This document shows, piece after piece, positions 36,734 to 45,574 of a DNA stretch of 64,000 nucleotides. Source of the DNA: Candidatus Hydrogenedentota bacterium (lineage in GTDB: Bacteria > Hydrogenedentota > Hydrogenedentia > Hydrogenedentales > JAEUWI01); the NCBI GenBank assembly GCA_034669905.1, contig JAXMOL010000016.1, positions 64,001 through 128,000 of the forward strand, written 5' to 3'. Both the position numbers and the translations under genes were made by a program. The notes below the pieces were generated by a model. That model did not search any database. It worked only from the letters and a program-made list of their open reading frames with translations, and was not told the origin of the DNA. Position 1 is the first letter of the stretch; every line of letters starts with the position of its first letter.

Positions 36734-36835
36734 AAGCGATAAGGCCTGCAAAGGACCTGAACGACGAAAACGACCTGAAGGACTAAGGCGCCTAAGGCCC
36801 GCACATCGCCGTGCTCAGGCTTCTGGTCCTTTTCC

Positions 36836-38005
36836 CTATGACAGAGCGGGCGACGTGTTGATCCACACCTGGACCCGGGCCGCTTCCAGGTTTTCCCGGG
36901 CCTCGGTGGCGGTTTCGCCCGTGGCCAGGATATAGCCTCCCCGCTCCCGGGAAGGCCGGTCGACCACGTGGCTCAGAATGTCTCCCTCCTTCGCCGCGAT
37001 GTGGACCGCCTCCACGCCCCGTAGCTGGCGGGCAGACACGACCCCTTCGAGACTGGTAACGACGCCACTCCGGGTCAACAGCCATGTCAGCGCCGCACCG
37101 CGATCGCGGGTGCGCGCCAGGGTGGGCTTACGCCCGAGGGCACATTCCATTGCGGCCCGATACAGGTCTACGCCCTGGGAGTGCAGCACAACCGCCCGCA
37201 CATCGGAACCAATGGCCGCAGGCGCCTGGAGATCGGTCAGGACCAGCTCTCCATCGTGACAAACAAACTCCATTTCCACGTAGCCCCACCCCGAGGGCAA
37301 CGCGGCATTCACTCCTTCAGACTGAGTGAATATTTCCGTGTAGGCCTGGCCCGTCCGCTTGACGGGCATAATGAGGCTCAGGGGTACCCGATACACCGAC
37401 GACGTGACCGATTCCTCCAGCACGTCAAAGGGCAGGAGTTCCGCACCGGCCTTGAAGGCCAGGAGACGATAGATGGTACCTTCCACGGCAGGCTGAATTC
37501 GCAGGCGCCCATCGACCCGACGCTTCCGCAACTTGTTCAGGGCCAGCGACAAATCGCTTGTATGCTCCACCCGCATACACGACGTATCGCCGTCGGCGCA
37601 GGGCGTACGCACCCAACTGGGGATAGGGAGGCTCTCGCTGCTTTGCGCGGCTATCTGAGAAAGCGTCTCCACGGTAAAGGTCTGTGCATTGGGAACCAGC
37701 TTCGGATAGCCCTCACAATCCATTTCCAGGTGGGGCCAGCCGAATCGTGCGGCCAGGGAGCCGATGCACTCCCGGTAGCGGGCGTCTGCAACCCAGACTC
37801 CCGCGAGGGTCGCGGCCTTCAACCCCGCCATGACATGCAGTTCATCATGGGAAAAATCGATGGATAGCACCGAAACACCTTCCGGCAATTCCCGAGTGCA
37901 GGGCTCATCAAGTAAGAGCACCAGGGCGACGCCCAATCCCTCACCGATTGCAGCGATCCCATCCAGGTCTGCCGGCATGCCGGCTATGCCCAATTTGGTC
38001 CTCAT
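36836..38005 (-). CDS. divergent ATP-grasp / L-amino-acid-ligase-like protein
   Basis: C-terminal LAL_C2-like G.V..LEG...A...GD....V....ER.GYI.A.G; E.EF and GVDL motifs; other catalytic motifs degenerate. Confidence 0.7.
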   Translation of the reverse strand: MRTKLGIAGMPADLDGIAAIGEGLGVALVLLLDEPCTRELPEGVSVLSIDFSHDELHVMAGLKAATLAGVWVADARYRECIGSLAARFGWPHLEMDCEGYPKLVPNAQTFTVETLSQIAAQSSESLPIPSWVRTPCADGDTSCMRVEHTSDLSLALNKLRKRRVDGRLRIQPAVEGTIYRLLAFKAGAELLPFDVLEESVTSSVYRVPLSLIMPVKRTGQAYTEIFTQSEGVNAALPSGWGYVEMEFVCHDGELVLTDLQAPAAIGSDVRAVVLHSQGVDLYRAAMECALGRKPTLARTRDRGAALTWLLTRSGVVTSLEGVVSARQLRGVEAVHIAAKEGDILSHVVDRPSRERGGYILATGETATEARENLEAARVQVWINTSPALS

Positions 38006-38192
38006 GGCTGTCCTCACATTCCCACGGGTTCCCCTGAGAAGCCTCCTGTGCCCCACACCATACACAATCCGGCAATGCTGTTGCAGCATGAACCACCGTT
38101 TTCCCGCACGAATGGCTTTATGCTACCATGACACCACTTCACCGTTTAATAGAATATTCGTTAGAACAGGACTTCCCAACCGGAGTTACTCT

Positions 38193-39923
38193 ATGCGCAC
38201 CGTCACCTCTTCGCTTACCCTGTGGACGACCCTCTGCCTCGCCGCCCTGGCCCTGAACGGGTGCGGTGGCCCTACCGAAACATCCGGCAATTCGGAAGCC
38301 CCGAAAACTATCGATGGCGGTACGGATGCGCCCGATCAGCAGGATGGCGCACCGGAAGTGGCGGAAGGTGGTCCCGTGGAAGGCGACTGGATTGTCATCC
38401 GGCTGAATGCGGAGCCTTCCACCCTGAACCCCCACCTGGAGGCGGCCGGCGCCTATACCCAGCGGATTATCGGTGGCAACGGCGGAAACATCTTCGAAAC
38501 CCTGCTCACGATGGACAACGAGACGCTGGAGTTTGCGCCGCTCATTGCCGAGCGCTGGGAAGCCTCCGAAGATCACCTCTCCTACACCTTTTACCTGCGA
38601 AAAGACGTGACCTTCTCCGACGGCGTGCCCCTCACGGCCCACGATGTACTGTTTACTTATGAGGCCATTCAGAATCCGGCCAACGATTGTGCCGACCGCC
38701 GCAGCTACCTGACCGATGTGGAATCTGCCGAAGTGCTGGATGACCACACCATTCAATTTAAGGTCAGCAAACCGTACTTCTTGAACCTGCAGGTGCTGGG
38801 AAGTATTGAGATTCTTCCCAGGCATATCTACGGCGAGGGCGAATTCAACACCCATCCCGCCAATCGCGCGCCCGTGGGCAGTGGCACCTACACGGTCAAG
38901 CAGTGGGACACAGGCCAACGCATTATTATCTCCAAGCGCGCTGATTACTGGGGCGAAAAGAAACCCTGGGTCAATGAAATCCATTATAAGATCATTACCG
39001 ACGACAACGCGGCCGTTCAGCTCTTGCGCCGCCAGGAGCTCGACGAACTGCGCATGTCATCGGAACAGTGGGTGCGCCAGGCCACCAAGCCAGAAATCGC
39101 CGACCATTACCAGCGCATTACCCTCTACTCGCCGGTGGACGGCTATGCCGGTTCCTTCGGTTGGATTGGGTGGAATGCCCAGCGCCCTTATTTCTCTGAC
39201 AAACGGGTGCGTCGGGCCATGACCATGCTTCTCGACCGGGACACCATTGGGGAAACGATTTACCACGGCCTCGTGCGGGTGGTGACGGGCTCCATGTTCC
39301 CCGACTCCCCTTCCTATGACCAAAGCATCGAACCCTGGCCCTTCGACCCGGAAGGAGCCTACAAACTACTGGACGAAGCCGGCTGGGTCGACTCCGATCA
39401 GGACGGTATCCGGGACAAAGACGGGGTGCCTTTCCGCTTCCAGTGGATTTTCCCGTCGGGTTCTCCCGAGTATGAGCAATTGGCCACGGTCTTCAAAGAA
39501 GAGCTGGACAAGGCCGGTGTCGACGTGACCCTCCGCCCGCTGGAATGGGCCACCTTCCTGGAAAGCGTCACCAAGCGCAGCTTTGACGCGTGCAGCATGG
39601 CGTGGGTCAGCCCCTACCTTTCCGACCCCTATCAAATCTGGCACTCCAGCCAGACGGAAAAGGGCTCCAACTACGTGAGCTTCATCAATGAAGAAGCCGA
39701 CCAGCTCATTGTGGATGCACGGACCGAGTTCGACAAAGAGAAGCGAGACGCCATGTACCGCCGCTTCCACGCCATCCTTCACGAAGAGCAGCCCTACACC
39801 TTCCTTTACAACTCGAAACGCAAGGTGGTGATCTCCAATCGCTTTCAAAACGTCACACCCTATACCCTGGGCTTTGACATGCGCGAGTGGTGGGTCCCTG
39901 TCGCAGAGCAACGCTATAAATAA
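38193..39923 (+). CDS. peptide ABC transporter substrate-binding lipoprotein (family 5)
   Basis: LNGC lipobox; TF.LR..V.FSDG.PLTA.DV, PVGSG.Y, D.RVRRA. Confidence 0.93.
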   Translation: MRTVTSSLTLWTTLCLAALALNGCGGPTETSGNSEAPKTIDGGTDAPDQQDGAPEVAEGGPVEGDWIVIRLNAEPSTLNPHLEAAGAYTQRIIGGNGGNIFETLLTMDNETLEFAPLIAERWEASEDHLSYTFYLRKDVTFSDGVPLTAHDVLFTYEAIQNPANDCADRRSYLTDVESAEVLDDHTIQFKVSKPYFLNLQVLGSIEILPRHIYGEGEFNTHPANRAPVGSGTYTVKQWDTGQRIIISKRADYWGEKKPWVNEIHYKIITDDNAAVQLLRRQELDELRMSSEQWVRQATKPEIADHYQRITLYSPVDGYAGSFGWIGWNAQRPYFSDKRVRRAMTMLLDRDTIGETIYHGLVRVVTGSMFPDSPSYDQSIEPWPFDPEGAYKLLDEAGWVDSDQDGIRDKDGVPFRFQWIFPSGSPEYEQLATVFKEELDKAGVDVTLRPLEWATFLESVTKRSFDACSMAWVSPYLSDPYQIWHSSQTEKGSNYVSFINEEADQLIVDARTEFDKEKRDAMYRRFHAILHEEQPYTFLYNSKRKVVISNRFQNVTPYTLGFDMREWWVPVAEQRYK

Positions 39924-39939
39924 TTCGCCCCAATAAAGG

Positions 39940-40941
39940 TTGTACTCCTTGCGTACTTATTTGATACGACGAATGCTGCTGATTATCCCGACCTTTATCG
40001 GGATAAGCCTCATTACCTTTATCATCGTCCAGATGGCACCGGGCAGTCCTATCTTCCTGAAGCTGCACAAGGCCGGTGGGGCCGGGGGCAGTGCCGTGAC
40101 CCAGGAAGCCATCGAGCAGACGAAGAAGCTCTACGGCCTGGATAAGCCCCTGCCCGTGCGCTATGTGCTCTGGCTCGGCAAACTGGTCACCCTCGACTTT
40201 GGAGACTCCTACAAGGATCACCGACCGGTCCTGGAAAAGATCGGAGAAACCCTCCCGATCACGATTCAGCTGAATCTAACGGCCCTCTTCCTGATCTATC
40301 TGATCGCCATTCCCCTCGGTGTCTATTCGGCCACCCATCAACACAGTCTGGGCGACACCCTGGTCACGCTGGTCTTGTTTATCCTCTACAGCCTCCCCAG
40401 TTTCTGGGTGGCCATGTTGCTCATGTATTTCCTCTGCGGCGGCGCCCACCTCAACCTCTTTCCGGCGGCAGGTGTCAGCTCCTACGATGCCGATTCCCTC
40501 GGATGGGCCGCCTGGCTCTGGGACCGCGTCTGGCACCTCATCCTCCCGGTGGGCTGCCTCAGTTATGCGGGCTTCGCCGGTCTATCCCGCTACACCCGTG
40601 CCGGCCTTATCGAAACCATTCGGCAGGATTACGTGCGGACGGCCCGGGCCTATGGCTTCAGCGAGCGCACTATCATCTATCGCTATGCGCTGCGCAATTC
40701 GCTGATTCCCATCATCACCCTGCTCGGTGCGCTGATTCCTTCGCTCATTGGCGGCAGTGTCATCATCGAAAGCATCTTCTCCATTCCGGGCATGGGCAAG
40801 CTGGCCTTTGAGGCCATCCTCTCCCGGGACTATCCCCTCATCATGGGCATCCTCTCCATAACGGCGATGCTGACCCTGGTGGGCCTCATACTTTCCGATA
40901 TTCTCTATGCCATGGTAGACCCCCGCATTAAATTCAGCTAG
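39940..40941 (+). CDS. peptide ABC transporter permease (OppB/DppB)
   Basis: APGSP, LDFG.S, DYVRTARA.G, RDYP. Confidence 0.95.
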   Translation: MYSLRTYLIRRMLLIIPTFIGISLITFIIVQMAPGSPIFLKLHKAGGAGGSAVTQEAIEQTKKLYGLDKPLPVRYVLWLGKLVTLDFGDSYKDHRPVLEKIGETLPITIQLNLTALFLIYLIAIPLGVYSATHQHSLGDTLVTLVLFILYSLPSFWVAMLLMYFLCGGAHLNLFPAAGVSSYDADSLGWAAWLWDRVWHLILPVGCLSYAGFAGLSRYTRAGLIETIRQDYVRTARAYGFSERTIIYRYALRNSLIPIITLLGALIPSLIGGSVIIESIFSIPGMGKLAFEAILSRDYPLIMGILSITAMLTLVGLILSDILYAMVDPRIKFS

Positions 40942-41006
40942 GACCCGGACCTTGATGTATCCATTGCCCCATCGATTCACATGCCCCATGGCGGGAGGGA
41001 CGCCCC

Positions 41007-42008
41007 ATGGCTGATCAGTCCCACAAGAGCCAGGGATATTGGCGGCTCGTCTGGCGACAGTTCAAACAGCGCAAGCTGGCACTGGCTTCTGTTGTACTCC
41101 TGGCCGTGCTGTGTTTTGTCGGGCTCATTGCGCCCTTCCTCGCGGGCGAAGTCCCCATCTATCTGGAGAAGGATGACAAGAGCTACCTCCTCCCCAATGT
41201 CTTTTCCTACACCGACCTCGTGTCCTTCAGCTTTGACGGCTGGGAGCCGGGTCCCGATGACACCGCCATCCGGCCCCTTATCCCCTACGCGCCGGAGCGC
41301 TCCAACCTCCGCCATCGACTGGAGCCCCCCTCCGCCGAGCACTGGTTGGGCACCGATGACCGGGGACGGGACGTCATGAGCCGCATCATCTGGGGCACCC
41401 GCATTTCCATGACGGTCGGGGTGGTCGCCATGGGTATTGCCGTGCTGATTGGGGTCATTGCGGGAAGTCTCGCCGGCTACTATGGGGGCGCGGTGGATGC
41501 CACCATCCTGCGCATCATCGAAGTGGTGCTCTGCTTCCCCACCTTTATCCTCATCTTATCGCTCATCGCCTTTTTGGACCCCAGCATCTATAACATCATG
41601 ATCGCCATCGGCCTCACCCGTTGGCCCGATGTGGCCCGGCTGGTCCGGGGCGAATTCCTCAAGCTGCGCTCAGCCGACTTCACCACCGCCGCACGGGCGA
41701 CCGGATTGAGCGACATGCGGGTCATGTTTCGCCACCTCCTGCCCAACGCCCTGGCGCCCGTCCTCGTGGCGGCTACCTTTGGTGTGGCCGGGGCCATCCT
41801 CACGGAATCGGCCCTGAGCTTCCTGGGCTTCGGCGTTCCACCGCCCACGGCGAGTTGGGGTGAAATCCTCAAACAATCCAAAGAGAATGTCGAGTTTGCC
41901 TATTGGCTGGTCATCTTTCCCGGCATCGCTATCTTTATGACGGTCACCGCCTTTAACCTGGCGGGTGAAGGCCTCCGTGATGCCATGGACCCCCGACTGA
42001 GACAATAG
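41007..42008 (+). CDS. peptide ABC transporter permease (OppC/DppC)
   Basis: HWLGTD..GRD, RHLLPN, LSFLG.G, GEGLRDA.DP. Confidence 0.95.
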   Translation: MADQSHKSQGYWRLVWRQFKQRKLALASVVLLAVLCFVGLIAPFLAGEVPIYLEKDDKSYLLPNVFSYTDLVSFSFDGWEPGPDDTAIRPLIPYAPERSNLRHRLEPPSAEHWLGTDDRGRDVMSRIIWGTRISMTVGVVAMGIAVLIGVIAGSLAGYYGGAVDATILRIIEVVLCFPTFILILSLIAFLDPSIYNIMIAIGLTRWPDVARLVRGEFLKLRSADFTTAARATGLSDMRVMFRHLLPNALAPVLVAATFGVAGAILTESALSFLGFGVPPPTASWGEILKQSKENVEFAYWLVIFPGIAIFMTVTAFNLAGEGLRDAMDPRLRQ

Positions 42009-42041
42009 CCTCCAACCTGGAAAGCACAACCGGAAGCGCAC

Positions 42042-43085
42042 ATGACGCATCGCGATGAACCCATACTTCAGGTAAAAAACCTGAAGACCTATTTCAAGAC
42101 CGATCAGGGTCTGGCGAAAGCGGTGGACGATGTTTCTTTCTCCCTTTCCGCCGGGACCACCCTGTCGGTCGTGGGCGAGAGTGGCTGTGGAAAAAGCGTC
42201 ACCGCCCTTTCCGTCATGGGCCTGGTCCCCCAACCGCCGGGCGTCAAGGCGGGTGGCCAGATTCTCTTCGAGGGCCGCGATCTCCTGACCCTCCCCGAGC
42301 GCGAACTTCGCGCCATCCGCGGCAACGATATCTCCATGATTTTCCAGGAACCCATGACCTCCATGAATCCCGTCTTCCGCGTCGGGCATCAATTGAGTGC
42401 GGCCATCCGGCTCCATCGTGGCTTAAACAAGTTGGATGCCCGCAAGGAGTCCATCCGCTTATTGGCCCAGGTCGGCATTCCCGCACCCGAGCGGCGGGTC
42501 GACGACTACCCCCACCAGATGTCGGGCGGTATGTTGCAGCGGGCCATGATTGCCATGGCCCTGGCCTGTGACCCCAAAGTATTGATCGCCGACGAGCCCA
42601 CTACCGCATTGGACGTCACCATTCAGGCCCAGATTCTGGAGTTGCTCCGGAAATTGCAGGCCGAGCGCGGCATGGCCATTCTGCTGATCACCCACGACCT
42701 TGGCGTCGTGGCGGAAAACGCCGATGAAGTCGTGGTCATGTATGCGGGCAAGAAAGTGGAGCACGCGCCTGTCGCCGAACTATTCACGTCGCCCCGACAC
42801 CCTTACACCCTGGGACTCTTCGCCGCGCTTCCCAGCATACAGAAAGCACGCGAGAAGCTTTACGTCATCAAAGGCAACGTCCCTGCAGCCACCCAGTTTC
42901 CTGCCGGCTGTCGCTTCAATAACCGCTGCCCCTATGCCCAGGACCGGTGTGGCGACGAAGAGCCTCCGTACGAAATCATCCCGGGCGCCTCGACCCATGG
43001 CGTTGGCTGTTGGGAATACCAGAACATCCCCGCCCAGGGCCCGGACACCCTGGCCAATACCGGAGCCGCCGATCATCATGGCTGA
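42042..43085 (+). CDS. peptide ABC transporter ATP-binding (OppD/DppD)
   Basis: [20 protein letters not shown]. Confidence 0.95.
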   Translation: MTHRDEPILQVKNLKTYFKTDQGLAKAVDDVSFSLSAGTTLSVVGESGCGKSVTALSVMGLVPQPPGVKAGGQILFEGRDLLTLPERELRAIRGNDISMIFQEPMTSMNPVFRVGHQLSAAIRLHRGLNKLDARKESIRLLAQVGIPAPERRVDDYPHQMSGGMLQRAMIAMALACDPKVLIADEPTTALDVTIQAQILELLRKLQAERGMAILLITHDLGVVAENADEVVVMYAGKKVEHAPVAELFTSPRHPYTLGLFAALPSIQKAREKLYVIKGNVPAATQFPAGCRFNNRCPYAQDRCGDEEPPYEIIPGASTHGVGCWEYQNIPAQGPDTLANTGAADHHG

Positions 43086-44076
43086 AGAACTGCTGACCGT
43101 AAAAGACTTGACCAAGCACTTCCCCATCAAAAAGGGGGTTTTCTCCCGTACCGTGGGGGCTGTTCGCGCCGTCGACGGCATCAGTTTCTCCATCCCCCGG
43201 GGCAGCACCCTGAGCCTGGTAGGGGAAAGTGGCAGCGGAAAGACCACGGCGGGACGTTCGCTCTTGCGATTGATTGAGCCCACGTCCGGCTCCATCGTTT
43301 TTGACGGCATTGACCTGACCACCCTGGACACCAAGGGACTGCGCGCCCTCCGAAAACGGGTTCAACTGATTTTTCAGGACCCCTTCGGTTCCCTTAATCC
43401 GCGCATGACCGTGTACTCGGTGCTCTCCGAAGCGATGAAAACCCACCACATTGGTGACCGAGAGAGCCGTCGCAGCCGTTGCTTCGAACTCCTCGAGCTG
43501 GTGGGGCTTCCCCCGGAGGCCGCGGACCGGTATCCCCACGAGTTCAGTGGGGGCCAGCGCCAGCGCATCGGCATCGCACGGGCCCTCGCCGTCGAACCGG
43601 AACTGATCGTGGCCGACGAGCCGGTCTCGGCCCTCGACGTCTCCGTCCAGGCCCAAATCCTCAACCTGCTGCAGGAACTCCAGGAACGTCTGGGACTTAC
43701 CTATCTCTTCATCGGCCATGACCTGAGTGTAATCCGACACATCTCCTCCATGGTTGCTGTTATGTACCTGGGCCGCATTGTCGAGATTGGGACTGTTGAA
43801 GACATCTTTGAACACCCGGTCCACCCCTATACCAAGGCCCTGCTGTCCGCTGTTCCAAAAACCAATCCCGGACGAAATACGCAGCGCACCATTTTGACGG
43901 GCGATGTGCCCAGCCCCATCAACCCCCCTTCCGGGTGCCCCTTTCATCCCCGTTGTCCCGACGCGCAGCCGAGTTGTGCACAACAGGGGGTAAATCTAGT
44001 AGAATACAAGGCGGGTCATCGGGTAGCCTGTAATGTACATGCACCGGATGAGTCCGGGGAGCAACGAGTAGACTAG
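43078..44076 (+). CDS. peptide ABC transporter ATP-binding (OppF/DppF)
   Basis: [28 protein letters not shown]. Confidence 0.95.
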   Translation: MAEELLTVKDLTKHFPIKKGVFSRTVGAVRAVDGISFSIPRGSTLSLVGESGSGKTTAGRSLLRLIEPTSGSIVFDGIDLTTLDTKGLRALRKRVQLIFQDPFGSLNPRMTVYSVLSEAMKTHHIGDRESRRSRCFELLELVGLPPEAADRYPHEFSGGQRQRIGIARALAVEPELIVADEPVSALDVSVQAQILNLLQELQERLGLTYLFIGHDLSVIRHISSMVAVMYLGRIVEIGTVEDIFEHPVHPYTKALLSAVPKTNPGRNTQRTILTGDVPSPINPPSGCPFHPRCPDAQPSCAQQGVNLVEYKAGHRVACNVHAPDESGEQRVD

Positions 44077-44169
44077 CGGGGCAAAATACGCTGTCTACAG
44101 GACCGTTAGACGATAGATCGCCTTGACGCGATTCGCCCACGTGCGGGCGCGCTGAGGTTGGAGATTTTC

Positions 44170-45108
44170 ATGCGTTTAGACATAGCGGCATTTAGTGATG
44201 TAGGCCGACGTAAAAAGAACAACGAAGATTCCTATGTCGTCGTTCGGGAAGGGGCAAAGGACCTGCGACTCTTTAAGGAGGGCGCACTGATCTGTGTAGC
44301 CGACGGGCTGGGCGGCCATACCGGCGGAGAAATCGCCAGTAAGCTCGCCGTGCGCATCATTGGCGAGATCGTCAAGGAAAAGCCCGCCCCACAGAATGGT
44401 TCGATTGACGACGACAGCAACGATGGACCCCTGCCCCGCATTCGCAGTTCCATTGAGCGCGCCAACGAGAGTATCTTCCAGACCAACCGGGATCTCGTTC
44501 GGACCCGCCGCCCCATGGGCACCACGGTGCTCACCGGCGTCATCTCCCCCAAGAAAGTCTACGTGGGCAATGTGGGTGATTCCCGTTGCTATCACATCCG
44601 CGAAGGGGAAATTCTGACCCAGACGGAAGACCACTCCTGGGTGGACGAACAGGTGAAGCTCGGACTCATGTCCAAGGCCGAGGCCGAGACGGACCGGCGC
44701 AAGAATATCGTTACCCGCTGCGTAGGCACCCACGAGGAAGTAACCGTGGACACCTATCGCTGGCACATCGTGCCCGGGGACATGTTATTGTTCTGCACCG
44801 ATGGACTCGTCAACATGGTGTCCGACGATGTGATCAAGAAAGAATTCACACGCAACGGCAGCGCCGCAGAAATCGCCCAGCGCCTGGTCAACCTCGCCAA
44901 TGAAAACGGGGGTAAAGACAACATCACCGTCGTGGTGGTCAACGTCAGCCCCGCACCCCTTCGCCTGATTTACATGCGCGCCGCTTCCTTCCTTCGCCGC
45001 CGCGGCATCGGACTCGCCTGGGGGCTGGGCATCGCCCTCTTCGGCGTCGTCTCCTTCTTGCTGGGCTACATACTTCACCCCCACCTGAAGAGCATGTTGC
45101 CTTTCTAG
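44170..45108 (+). CDS. PP2C-family Ser/Thr phosphatase (Stp1/PrpC-like) with C-terminal TM
   Basis: G.R..NED, VADGLGG, MGTT, VGDSR, CTDGL, GGKDNIT. Confidence 0.93.
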   Translation: MRLDIAAFSDVGRRKKNNEDSYVVVREGAKDLRLFKEGALICVADGLGGHTGGEIASKLAVRIIGEIVKEKPAPQNGSIDDDSNDGPLPRIRSSIERANESIFQTNRDLVRTRRPMGTTVLTGVISPKKVYVGNVGDSRCYHIREGEILTQTEDHSWVDEQVKLGLMSKAEAETDRRKNIVTRCVGTHEEVTVDTYRWHIVPGDMLLFCTDGLVNMVSDDVIKKEFTRNGSAAEIAQRLVNLANENGGKDNITVVVVNVSPAPLRLIYMRAASFLRRRGIGLAWGLGIALFGVVSFLLGYILHPHLKSMLPF

Positions 45109-45134
45109 GAATCCCACTCCCAATCTATTCACCC

Positions 45135-45177
45135 TTGCCCGGAGCGCCAACCCCATGGCCTTCCGGGCAATTTTTTT
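45135..45177 (+). terminator. intrinsic terminator
   Basis: TTGCCCGGA...TCCGGGCAA-TTTTTTT. Confidence 0.7.
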
Positions 45178-45502
45178 CGGGGCCTCCAATAGGATGGTAT
45201 CGCGCCCGAGCACCCCGTGTATTCCGCCGCAACGCCAAGTCCGCTTCCACAGCCCGTCATAATCCCCCCCCCAACGCGCGTTCCTGTCCCAGTGGCAGAA
45301 GCCATACCCACCCGATTTTCAAACGAGAAGTCCCTCCAAGAAGACCAAGTTACGCCCCTGCTCCACCGGGACATGCTGCCGCCTCAAGGTTCCCCTCCCG
45401 ACCCACCAGCCACCGTGTGGTCCCAACGCAACCTCCGTCACCACCACATCCCCCTGCGACAAAACGTCCCTACACGGGACGGCATCACACACGCTTCCCC
45501 CG

Positions 45503-45547
45503 AAACAAAAACGCGCCTGACTCAGAGCATCTCCGAGTCAGGCGCGT
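45503..45547 (-). terminator. intrinsic terminator of secDF
   Basis: ACGCGCCTGACTC...GAGTCAGGCGCGT with T run on the minus strand. Confidence 0.8.
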
Positions 45548-45574
45548 GTACCTGTTTACGCGATAGGGTGCCTA

